From an uncultured Pirellulaceae bacterium (lineage in GTDB: Bacteria > Planctomycetota > Planctomycetia > Pirellulales > Pirellulaceae): 64,000 bases of DNA. Numbering within the stretch: position 1 is the stretch's first letter; every line of letters begins with the position of its first letter. The notes under the pieces are model-generated. The model was not told the origin of the DNA and made no database searches. It worked only from the letters and a program-made list of their open reading frames with translations. Shown piece by piece: positions 17,355 through 25,508 of the stretch. A program made the translations under genes and the position numbers. The stretch covers positions 525,953-589,952 of the forward strand of contig CAXBGS010000004.1 in assembly GCA_963975425.1 (NCBI GenBank), written 5' to 3'.

Positions 17355-20300
17355 TTGAACCGCCTCGCAAATTTACACGTAACCCGTGTGCTGAGCCTCG
17401 CCACCGCTTGGTGGGTGCTGGCGCCGTCGGACGTGTCCGCCCAACTGTCGATGCCAGAGTCCTCGGCGACTGGCAACTATTCGACACCCGCTGGCAGCAG
17501 TACCGTCGCCGCGCCGACACCGGCCGCCGGTCAGCAGCTGATCAAAGAAGCTCGCCAAGCGATGGCCGACCGAGACTTCGTAAAAGCAGTCGACCGCTAT
17601 CGAAAGGTATCGGAGATGTCGAGCAAGGTGACGCAGCTGCGAAGCGACGTCGCCCGCTTGCAAGTCGACTTGCGAGTGGCGGGCATTGATTCGGAATTGT
17701 TGGCCATGCCAAACTACGCGGCATCCCCCAACGCACCGTCGCCCATGCTGCAGCTTCCCGATGTCGCGAACGCGTCACCGATCCAGGCGTCCAGTTCGAG
17801 CGACGTTACCACTCGAAAGCGTGAAGCGCTTCGATTGCTGGCGATCGGTCGAGCCGCGCTCGATCGCGGCGACGCTCAAACCGCTCTCCAAATTGCCAAA
17901 CAAGCTCAAGCGTTAAACGTTCCCGAACAAAACTTTGCTCCGGGCGAACCTCGCGTATGGCAATTCGTGCTAGATGCCGAATCAGCCGCTCGGCGATCGC
18001 CGACCGCGAATTCGGGTGTCAGCCAAGCCGGCGGCATTTCGACCAGTGAAGACCAAGCCGCGATCGCGCAGACACTGTTCAACCTGTCACCTTCGGGCGC
18101 CCCGCTGGGCGGAAATGGCTCGGACATCAAACAGGTCCAAGCCCAAGAGATCATCGCAGAACCGTTGCCGCCGCGACCGTTCAGACAACAAACCCTTGGC
18201 GCGCCGGCCATCACTCAATCGCCGATCGCACAAGAAACGCCCATCAATCCACCTGCTCCCTCAGGCGGAACGACCAGCATGGGCCAGTACTTGTACGAAC
18301 AAGGACTGCAGGCACTCGCGGCCGGTCAAACCGCCGACGCACGCAGCAAATTTGTCGAGGCCTGGCAATACGAATCGCAACTTGACTTGGCAACACGCCG
18401 CCAACTGAAAGACAAGCTGACGCTGTTACAGCCCACTCGTTTACCATCGGCCGGCGGTACCAAGCCGGAATCCGAGATGACGGCAATCGAGAAAGCCCAA
18501 CTGGCTTCGCAAGAAGAAACGCGTCGTTTGTACCGTGAGATCACAACTGAACTCGCCGATTCCAACGAGATCAAAACCACCAAGCCTTTGGATGCACTGG
18601 ATCAATTGAATCGGCTGCGACGCCGCGTCGATGGTTCCACGGTAGACGAAACGTCAAAGCGTTCGCTCGTGGCGATGGTCGACCGAGCTCTCTCGGACCA
18701 AAAACAGTATGTCGAGGCCAATCGGGCTCAAATCGAACTTGATCTGCAAAACGAAGCAATCAAAACCGAATTGGCCACCAATTCATCACGCGAAGCTCGT
18801 ATCGATGAAGAGATTTCAGCTCTTGTCGAAACGTACAACGATTTGATGGACGAACGACGATTCCCCGAAGCGGAAGTGATTGCCAAGAAGGTTTCGGAAC
18901 TGAAACCCGGATCGGAAATCGCCATCAGCATGTTCCACTCCAGCCGGATGGGAACTCGACTGCAACTTGCTGAAGAAATCAGTGCGGCCAAGGAAGACTG
19001 GAACGTCCGGGCCTTTCGCGACATCGAGGCGTCCGCCGTTGGCATGAATCCCGATCGAACCATCGAGTTCGACGACGCAAAAACATGGAACGACAAGTCG
19101 CTGCGACGAATGATGGGCGAAAGCGAAGACACTCATATGAGTGCCGCCGAACGCGACATCCAGCGTCGTTTAGATACCAAAGTCGAAGCCAACTACGACC
19201 AACGCCCGCTGGCCGAGGTGATGGAAGACCTGTCCGCCGTGACCGGTATCCCGATCGTCTTGAACAACCGAGCGATGTCGGCCGTCAAAGTAAATGCCGA
19301 TACGCCGGTGACACTTAAGTTGCCGCAATCAGTATCGCTTGACAGTGCATTGAACTTGATGCTGGACGATCTGGAACTGACCTACATGATCGAAAACGAT
19401 GTGTTGAACATCACCAGTATCGAAGCCAAGCAAAGTAACACCTTCCCCCGCGTGTATCGCGTGACCGACTTGGTCACCCCGATCCCCAATTTCACCAGTT
19501 CATACGAAGACGGTCTGGCCGGTGCACTTCGCGCCGCCTATCAAATGTCCAATCCGCAATCGGATGTGCAGTTGATTCCCGTTTCGGCAACCGACCTGGG
19601 CATGGGAATGGCAAACAGCATGTCGCCGACACAAATGCCGCCGAACATGCTGGGACAGTACAACGGCATGGGCCAGGCCAACTCGTTCGGTCCCGGCAGC
19701 CAATCAAACAGTGGACGAGGGGGCAGCTCGTTCGCAGATTTCCAATCGCTGATTGACCTGATTCAAACGACGGTCGTTCCGGATACCTGGGAAGCCTTGG
19801 GCGGCCCAAGTACGATGTCGGAATACCCACAGAACTTGAGTCTTGTGATCAGCACGACCAGTGACGTGCACGACCAGATCAGCGACCTGCTGGAATCGCT
19901 TCGTCGACTACAGAATCTGCAGATCACGATCGAAGTGCGGTTTATCACGCTGTCCGATACGTTCTTCGAACAAATCGGGGTCGACTTTGACGTGCAGTTT
20001 GATGACAACGTCTCGCAATTGCCCGACGACGACAGCGGACCATCGGTTTCGATCGGATTCGATGGGACCAACGGTGTTCCGACGGCCGACTTGGACATCC
20101 AATTCGATCAAAACAACTTTAACGTCGCGTCGCCATTCGGTACGCCAGACCCAGGATCATTCTCGACCCTCGGTTTTGCAATCCTGAGTGACATCGAAGC
20201 GTTCTTCTTCCTGCAAGCCGCACAGGGCGATAGCCGGACGAACGTGATGCAAGCACCGAAGGTGACTTTGTTTGACGGTCAAATCGCGACGATCAGCGAC

Positions 20301-20897
20301 GTGACGCAGCGTCCCTTTGTGACCAGCATCACGCCGGTCGTGGGTGACTTTGCCGTCGCACAGCAGCCGGTCATCGTGGTGCTCAACGAAGGAACCCAGT
20401 TGAACGTGCAAGGGATCGTCAGCAACGATCGCCGATTCGTCCGCATGACGCTGGTTCCCTTCTTCAGCCAAATCGGTGATGTCGATACCTTCACATTCGA
20501 AGGCAGCCGCACCACCAGCCGCACCAGTCGCAACGAAGAGGACACCAACGGTGACGGTGTCGTCGACGAAAACGATGCGGTCGATGAAGACACCGAACAA
20601 GACGTCATCACCGGTACCACGGTCCAGTTGCCGACGTTCGCATTCACGAACGTTAGCACGACGGTCAGTGTTCCCGATGGCGGTACCATCTTGTTGGGCG
20701 GTATCAAGCGTTTGGCCGAAGGCCGCCAAGAACGCGGCATGCCGATGCTTAGCAAAATCCCCTACCTGAGTCGCTTGTTCCGCAACACGGCCGTTGGTCG
20801 CGATGCACGAAGCTTGATGCTGATGGTCACGCCACGCATCATCATTCAGGAAGAAGAAGAGCTGGCACAAACCGGTTACGAAGCTCCGCCACGCTAG
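17355..20897 (+). CDS. Secretin family outer-membrane channel (GspD/PilQ-like), 1180 aa, with long low-complexity N-terminal region
   Basis: The C-terminal secretin domain reads LQITIEVRFITLSDTFFEQIGVDF...VPDGGTILLGGIKRLAEGRQERGMPMLSKIPYLSRLFRNTAVGRDARSLMLMVTPRIII, matching the conserved secretin core. An upstream N-domain-like segment (RPLAEVMEDLSAVTGIPIVLNNRAMSAVKVNADTPVTLKLPQSVSLDSALNLMLDDLELTYMIENDVLNITSIEAKQ) resembles the secretin N0/STN domain. There is a signal peptide (LSLATAWWVLAPSDVSAQ). It uses a TTG start at 17355, preceded by a perfect Shine-Dalgarno AAGGAG with a 7-nt spacer. Confidence 0.7.
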   Translation: MNRLANLHVTRVLSLATAWWVLAPSDVSAQLSMPESSATGNYSTPAGSSTVAAPTPAAGQQLIKEARQAMADRDFVKAVDRYRKVSEMSSKVTQLRSDVARLQVDLRVAGIDSELLAMPNYAASPNAPSPMLQLPDVANASPIQASSSSDVTTRKREALRLLAIGRAALDRGDAQTALQIAKQAQALNVPEQNFAPGEPRVWQFVLDAESAARRSPTANSGVSQAGGISTSEDQAAIAQTLFNLSPSGAPLGGNGSDIKQVQAQEIIAEPLPPRPFRQQTLGAPAITQSPIAQETPINPPAPSGGTTSMGQYLYEQGLQALAAGQTADARSKFVEAWQYESQLDLATRRQLKDKLTLLQPTRLPSAGGTKPESEMTAIEKAQLASQEETRRLYREITTELADSNEIKTTKPLDALDQLNRLRRRVDGSTVDETSKRSLVAMVDRALSDQKQYVEANRAQIELDLQNEAIKTELATNSSREARIDEEISALVETYNDLMDERRFPEAEVIAKKVSELKPGSEIAISMFHSSRMGTRLQLAEEISAAKEDWNVRAFRDIEASAVGMNPDRTIEFDDAKTWNDKSLRRMMGESEDTHMSAAERDIQRRLDTKVEANYDQRPLAEVMEDLSAVTGIPIVLNNRAMSAVKVNADTPVTLKLPQSVSLDSALNLMLDDLELTYMIENDVLNITSIEAKQSNTFPRVYRVTDLVTPIPNFTSSYEDGLAGALRAAYQMSNPQSDVQLIPVSATDLGMGMANSMSPTQMPPNMLGQYNGMGQANSFGPGSQSNSGRGGSSFADFQSLIDLIQTTVVPDTWEALGGPSTMSEYPQNLSLVISTTSDVHDQISDLLESLRRLQNLQITIEVRFITLSDTFFEQIGVDFDVQFDDNVSQLPDDDSGPSVSIGFDGTNGVPTADLDIQFDQNNFNVASPFGTPDPGSFSTLGFAILSDIEAFFFLQAAQGDSRTNVMQAPKVTLFDGQIATISDVTQRPFVTSITPVVGDFAVAQQPVIVVLNEGTQLNVQGIVSNDRRFVRMTLVPFFSQIGDVDTFTFEGSRTTSRTSRNEEDTNGDGVVDENDAVDEDTEQDVITGTTVQLPTFAFTNVSTTVSVPDGGTILLGGIKRLAEGRQERGMPMLSKIPYLSRLFRNTAVGRDARSLMLMVTPRIIIQEEEELAQTGYEAPPR

Positions 20898-20924
20898 GCC
20901 GCTTCATCAACGACTGAAATGCAA

Positions 20925-20962
20925 AAAAGCCTCAGAGCCGAAACCGCTCTGGGGCTTTTTTT
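20925..20962. terminator. Bidirectional rho-independent terminator between the convergent secretin and pcp genes
   Basis: AAAAAAGCCTCAGAGCCGAAACCGCTCTGGGGCTTTTTTT forms a GC-rich 10-bp stem (one G-T pair) flanked by an A-run on the 5-prime side and a T-run on the 3-prime side. Confidence 0.65.
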
Positions 20963-21079
20963 ATGTTTTCATGTCATCGCAAACGGCCCTTCGAGCAGGC
21001 ACGGTTGCCGCCAGGGTTTCTCGCATTGCGGCCGAAACACAACGGCGATGTCGTGAATCGAGCGATGCCGTAACTCTAA

Positions 21080-21667
21080 CTATGCCGTTGCAGCCGGGCG
21101 CAACTGGCCAACGATGATCGCGATTGCCGCGCTCGACATCGGCGTGCTCATACTGGCAAGACGTCCGGAATCTTTTGCCGCCTGGGCAGGCGATAACGGA
21201 ACGTGCACGAACAGGCTCTTTGTATTCAGGCCAAATGATTCCGCGTAATGTTGACTCAAGAACAATGCCGCGTTGCACAGATAAGTGCCGGCATGATGTG
21301 AGATTTCGACCGGGATGCCCGCATTGACTAGCGAACTTTCCAACGGCGGCAGTTTCAACGGCGACTGATAAGCGGCCGGTGCATCCTCGATCAGCGGTGT
21401 TCCGTCGCCTCGAACGTTCAACCCGATCGCTTCGAGTTTGATGTGCGTCGCACCGGGTGATTGCCCCAGGTGGATCGCAAAGTCGTAATCCTGTTGCAGA
21501 TCCTTACGCAGCTGTTCGCTCATCCGCGTCAGGTCGACGGGGTACCGCCGCGTGGTGATCTCGGCCACGCCGTCGTACCAATTCGTCAAATCCACGAGCG
21601 CTGACCAGCTGGAATTCTCCTGCCATCGATCGTAGGGCTCAAATGCGGTCAACAGAATTCGTGTCAC
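21080..21667 (-). CDS. pcp: Pyroglutamyl-peptidase I (pyrrolidone-carboxylate peptidase, peptidase C15)
   Basis: ILLTAFEPYDRW is the N-terminal motif (canonical LVTGFEPF). The catalytic Cys/His region reads EISHHAGTYLCNAALFLS. The 195-aa length is typical. GTG start at 21667. Confidence 0.8.
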   Translation of the reverse strand: MTRILLTAFEPYDRWQENSSWSALVDLTNWYDGVAEITTRRYPVDLTRMSEQLRKDLQQDYDFAIHLGQSPGATHIKLEAIGLNVRGDGTPLIEDAPAAYQSPLKLPPLESSLVNAGIPVEISHHAGTYLCNAALFLSQHYAESFGLNTKSLFVHVPLSPAQAAKDSGRLASMSTPMSSAAIAIIVGQLRPAATA

Positions 21668-21915
21668 GGATGATGTCTTCGACTAGGATGCGGACGAGGC
21701 GAATTGACGCCAACGAGACCAACTCCAATGGATTGGTTTCGAAGCAAAATCATCCTTGATCGACGTGGACCTAGCATAGTTCGACGGCGCGTCACGATCA
21801 GCCCGGTAACTCTATAGCATGGAAAAGTCGGCCAGGCTTGGGAACAATCCCGCAAACCAAGCGTTTAGAAATGGTCGCGACCCGATTGATCGTTATCTGA
21901 TGAGGCCTGCCTGTC

Positions 21916-22686
21916 ATGTTGTTTTTTCCTACCAGGCCTCGTTTGGTTCTTGTGGCCCTGTGTGTCCCCCTGCTCGGTATCGCGTGGTCGAACGCGGCGA
22001 TCGGGCAGTCGGCGCGAGGATCCCAGAACAACCGAGCAATCCAGAAAATGCGGCAGCAACAGCAGCAGACGCAAAAACGGATTCAACAGCAACTGCAAGC
22101 CGCATCGGAAAGCCAACCGGCCATGCCCGAGGACCCGCAGCTATTGGCGTTGCACAAAGAGTTCATTGGCAAGGCCGAAAAGTTAGCGGCCGAATACGAA
22201 CGCAAAAATCAGCTGGATCGCGCCAGGGAAGTCTATGAGTCGCTGGTCCGATTGGTGCCCAAATACGACAAAGCCGAATCGGGACTGAAACGAATCCTGA
22301 ATGCACAGGCCAAAACCGATCGCAAGGTCGCAGAAATCCAGGCGTCCCGATCCTGGCAAGACACGGGCGCGTCACTGGTCCTCGGCATGCCGGTTCAAGT
22401 CGAGATCAAAGGCACTTGGAAAGTTGTCGTGGAAACCGGCCCAGCAGGCGTTCAGATTCCCGAAGCAATGAGACCGTCGAACAGCAAAATCAAGTTAGGA
22501 ACGCTGATCGGCATCATCGCTAATTCGGCCGCGGACTTGGAGGAAGCAAAACCATTTGTCCTCGATCCCGAACAAGACTTTATCGCCCCTAAGTCGGGAA
22601 GACTCTTTCTGAGGATGTTCGACATCGACCCCAGCGACAACGAAGGCAAACTGTACGTGATGATCCAGAGCTCGTTTGCCCGCTAG
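21916..22686 (+). CDS. Secreted hypothetical protein, Gln-rich N-terminal region
   Basis: It has a signal peptide (LVLVALCVPLLGIAWSNAAIGQ). It is followed by a QQQQQTQKRIQQQLQ tract, a coiled-coil and a C-terminal beta-rich region. I recognise no family. Confidence 0.5.
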   Translation: MLFFPTRPRLVLVALCVPLLGIAWSNAAIGQSARGSQNNRAIQKMRQQQQQTQKRIQQQLQAASESQPAMPEDPQLLALHKEFIGKAEKLAAEYERKNQLDRAREVYESLVRLVPKYDKAESGLKRILNAQAKTDRKVAEIQASRSWQDTGASLVLGMPVQVEIKGTWKVVVETGPAGVQIPEAMRPSNSKIKLGTLIGIIANSAADLEEAKPFVLDPEQDFIAPKSGRLFLRMFDIDPSDNEGKLYVMIQSSFAR

Positions 22687-22707
22687 TTCAACGTCGACAG
22701 CGGCTCA

Positions 22708-23622
22708 TCAAGTTTCCTCGTCATCGGCAAGTCGTGTCAGATAGTTTCCCATCAAGTGCGACGGCATGCCTTGGCGAATCTCGCCCCAGATCAAATCAAC
22801 CACGTCGGAACTTAGTGTCGCGGTCGCAGCCTTAGCGGCGGCCGTGGTCGCGACCGTTTGGATCACGTTGGCCGCCTTTTGCATATTGGACTGCCCCACC
22901 ACGATTTCCTGTTCGCAGTGGTTGTAGTTGTTGTGCAGCAAACTCATCATCGGCAATCGCGGTACCAGATCACCCGCGTCGACATAGCGAAATACCTTGC
23001 TCGGAAATTCACGGGCAAATGCCGCCGCGGCGGCTTGGTTGCCGATCATCGGTGCGCCGAACGTACATACTTGATGTACCGGAATGAAGTTTTGATGCAA
23101 CCGCCACGCGAACAGCAATGCCAATGCGCCGCCCAGACTATGCCCAGTCACCCACACAGGCCGTTCGCTTGCGGCAAATCGTTGATCCACGCTTGCGTAA
23201 AGAGGTGCCCAGATTTCATCAAGCGCTTCGAGGAATCCGCGATGGAAACGGGCACCAACACCCGCCGCTGCGAAGTCGGTTCCGATACGCCCCGACGGAA
23301 TGACCAAGAAATTTCTCGCATTGGTCAACAGCCAATCCTTGACGCCGTCCAAACTTGTCGGTGATTGTGATCCGCGAAACGCGACAACAATACAGTCGTC
23401 GTTTTCGCCGACGTAGGCTTGCGTGTTGTCGACGCTGATCAATTCCGCATCCAGATCTAACAGTTCGCGAAACTTGGGTCGACCTGTTGGTTCAGACAGG
23501 TACGCCAATTCGCACGCGGTTGCCAGGTAGTGCGCGTGATGACGGGTGTGGCTCGTCCGAGGATCCAAGTGCACCACCGAACCCCGTTTGGCAGGTTTCG
23601 ACGAAGCGGATGAGTCGGTCAT
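22708..23622 (-). CDS. Lipase class 3 family alpha/beta hydrolase
   Basis: The nucleophile elbow VTGHSLGGALALLFAW (GHSLGG) and upstream VVAFRGSQS (Lipase_3 oxyanion region) are diagnostic for fungal-type class 3 lipases. Confidence 0.75.
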   Translation of the reverse strand: MTDSSASSKPAKRGSVVHLDPRTSHTRHHAHYLATACELAYLSEPTGRPKFRELLDLDAELISVDNTQAYVGENDDCIVVAFRGSQSPTSLDGVKDWLLTNARNFLVIPSGRIGTDFAAAGVGARFHRGFLEALDEIWAPLYASVDQRFAASERPVWVTGHSLGGALALLFAWRLHQNFIPVHQVCTFGAPMIGNQAAAAAFAREFPSKVFRYVDAGDLVPRLPMMSLLHNNYNHCEQEIVVGQSNMQKAANVIQTVATTAAAKAATATLSSDVVDLIWGEIRQGMPSHLMGNYLTRLADDEET

Positions 23623-23769
23623 AAAACAGTCCGTTTTCTAGGAAACGCGTTCTGGAAGACAGGTACAGCAATCGAGTTGGGCGATGCTGGGGCTCGGCGA
23701 TCGATCACTGGCAGCTCGCTATCAGCGGACACGGCTCAGCTCAGGATATCGGTCAGCGGATGACATGAT

Positions 23770-23854
23770 TTATCTCAGGGCACCTTTTATCTCAGAACTC
23801 GGCTTATCTCAGAACTCGGCTTATCTCAGAACTCGGCTTATCTCAGAACTCGGC
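23770..23854. repeat. 17-bp direct tandem repeat (TTATCTCAGAACTCGGC) x4 plus one degenerate leading copy
   Basis: Perfect copies at 23787-23803, 23804-23820, 23821-23837 and 23838-23854. There is a degenerate copy at about 23770-23786. The last copy overlaps the stop codon of the LRR gene. The array lies about 150 bp upstream of the lipase start. Confidence 0.85.
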
Positions 23855-24434
23855 GATCACCGGACTGTGCTTTCCAATCCTTGACGGCATCAAGACTGAT
23901 GGTCGTCTCACGCAGATCAAGCCGTTTCAACCCGGACATCGGCGTAATCCATTGGGCAAATCCATCGTCAGTAATACCTGTGGCACGGAGCTTCAGCGAG
24001 CGCAAACCGGAAAGCCGAGATAAATGTTTTAGCCCCGCGTCGGTGACGCGCGTGTCATTGAGGTCTAACTCACGCAGGTTTGCCATGCCTTTTAAATAAA
24101 TCAGCGTCTGATCATCGACATCCGCGTTGGCCATCTGCAGCACGATTGTTTCGGGGAATGCTTCCAATACGCGGTAATCTTTCTGATCCCACCCCGTCAA
24201 CGTGATGTGCCTTTCACCGTCGACCAAGACATTTCGTGGGCCCAGGTCGACATTGACGACGTATCGAGTCAACACCAAGGGCGTGACCAACGCGGCCAGT
24301 CCCACCAACAACAATAGCGACGGCAGCAGGAAACTCCAGTCTCGCCGCAGCGTCCGCGTGATCAGCCACAGCAGGCCTGCTGCCATCAGCACGAGTCCGG
24401 CATAGAATAGCAGTTCGAAAACCAAGTACATCAT
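23838..24434 (-). CDS. Leucine-rich repeat (LRR) protein with N-terminal transmembrane anchors
   Basis: It has two N-terminal hydrophobic helices. These are followed by LRR units (LRELDLNDTRVTDAGLKHLSRLSGLRSLKLRATGITDDGF...LKRLDLRETTIS), the bacterial LRR consensus LxxLxLxxTxItD. Confidence 0.6.
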   Translation of the reverse strand: MMYLVFELLFYAGLVLMAAGLLWLITRTLRRDWSFLLPSLLLLVGLAALVTPLVLTRYVVNVDLGPRNVLVDGERHITLTGWDQKDYRVLEAFPETIVLQMANADVDDQTLIYLKGMANLRELDLNDTRVTDAGLKHLSRLSGLRSLKLRATGITDDGFAQWITPMSGLKRLDLRETTISLDAVKDWKAQSGDRRVLR

Positions 24435-24488
24435 CGCGTTTCAATGAGTTGCGAACAGGATTTGTTGCGCAGCAGGAAAGAGGACATC

Positions 24489-24881
24489 ATGTCGGCAACA
24501 GACTTCGGCTGGGTCTTCGCGGCGATTAGCCTGGGCTCGATCGCGGCAAATTTTTCGCTGATCGTTTTTTTGTTTACCAAATGGAGACGGTTTCCGCGAC
24601 CGACCGGGTGGGCCTTGGCCGCCATGCTGACTTTCTTGGCCGCCCAAATTGGAATGCAGGTCGGGATGATCATTTTGGCACAGTTTTCCGTCACCGAGTC
24701 ATTGATATGGAACCAAGCCATTGCGACGCTGCTGAGCTCAATCCTGCATTTCGCGGGGCTCTGCATTTTGATCACTGCAGTGTATGTTGATCGAGCCCCA
24801 AAACGGTTCGAATCGGATGGGCAAATCGCGGATGACCGTTCGCGGCCTCTTGATCCCGATCCGAATCCCTACGCGGTCTGA
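24489..24881 (+). CDS. Hypothetical integral membrane protein (3-4 TM)
   Basis: ATG 24489 is preceded by GGAAAGAGGA. Hydrophobic segments are FGWVFAAISLGSIAANFSLIVFLF, WALAAMLTFLAAQIGMQVGMIILA and ATLLSSILHFAGLCILITAVYV. An alternative upstream ATG lies at 24444. Confidence 0.4.
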   Translation: MSATDFGWVFAAISLGSIAANFSLIVFLFTKWRRFPRPTGWALAAMLTFLAAQIGMQVGMIILAQFSVTESLIWNQAIATLLSSILHFAGLCILITAVYVDRAPKRFESDGQIADDRSRPLDPDPNPYAV

Positions 24882-24899
24882 ACCCAAGGAAATTGATTG

Positions 24900-25352
24900 A
24901 TGCGTCCACGTACTCTCTCGTTTGCGGCTCTTGCCAGTGCCGCCATTTTGACATGTTCCTGTGTTGCGAACATCGGGAGCAATCGTCCCGGCCCCGCCGA
25001 TGCCGACGCACCGCAAGAGTTCACTCAAACCGCATCAGGACTGAAGTACCGCATCTTAAGAAAAAGTGACGGACGTAAGCCAACGGCATCCGATCTGGTC
25101 AAGGTTCATTACGCCGGTTGGCTGGATGACACAACGGAATTCGACAGTTCCTACAGCCGCGGCGCACCAGCGGACTTCGCCTTGTCGAGCGTGATTCCGG
25201 CATGGACCGAAGGTGTGCAGCTGATCGGCGAAGGAGGCATGATCGAGCTGGAAGTCCCACCAGAACTCGGCTACGGAGCCGCCGGTGCCCCGCCAAAGAT
25301 TCCGCCCAACGCAACGCTACACTTTAAAGTGGAACTGCTTGAAGTGCGCTAG
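24900..25352 (+). CDS. FKBP-type peptidyl-prolyl cis-trans isomerase, secreted/lipoprotein-like
   Basis: The FKBP domain reads DLVKVHYAGWLDDTTEFDSSYSRGAPADFALSSVIPAWTEGVQLIGEGGMIELEVPPELGYG...TLHFKVELLEV. There is an N-terminal signal peptide. ATG 24900 is preceded by AAGGAAA. Confidence 0.8.
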   Translation: MRPRTLSFAALASAAILTCSCVANIGSNRPGPADADAPQEFTQTASGLKYRILRKSDGRKPTASDLVKVHYAGWLDDTTEFDSSYSRGAPADFALSSVIPAWTEGVQLIGEGGMIELEVPPELGYGAAGAPPKIPPNATLHFKVELLEVR

Positions 25353-25508
25353 CACACCGTCGTTGGTCACCATGCCCCTTTGCTCACTGGGAAAACGACT
25401 ACCGCGAAACGCTTTCAAGAGGGCTACCACGCAATCTCGCGGGTCGTCTCTTGCGGTGACAAACGCGCTTCGCGTGTCATTCGCAAAGAGGCTGATCAAC
25501 GGCCCATA

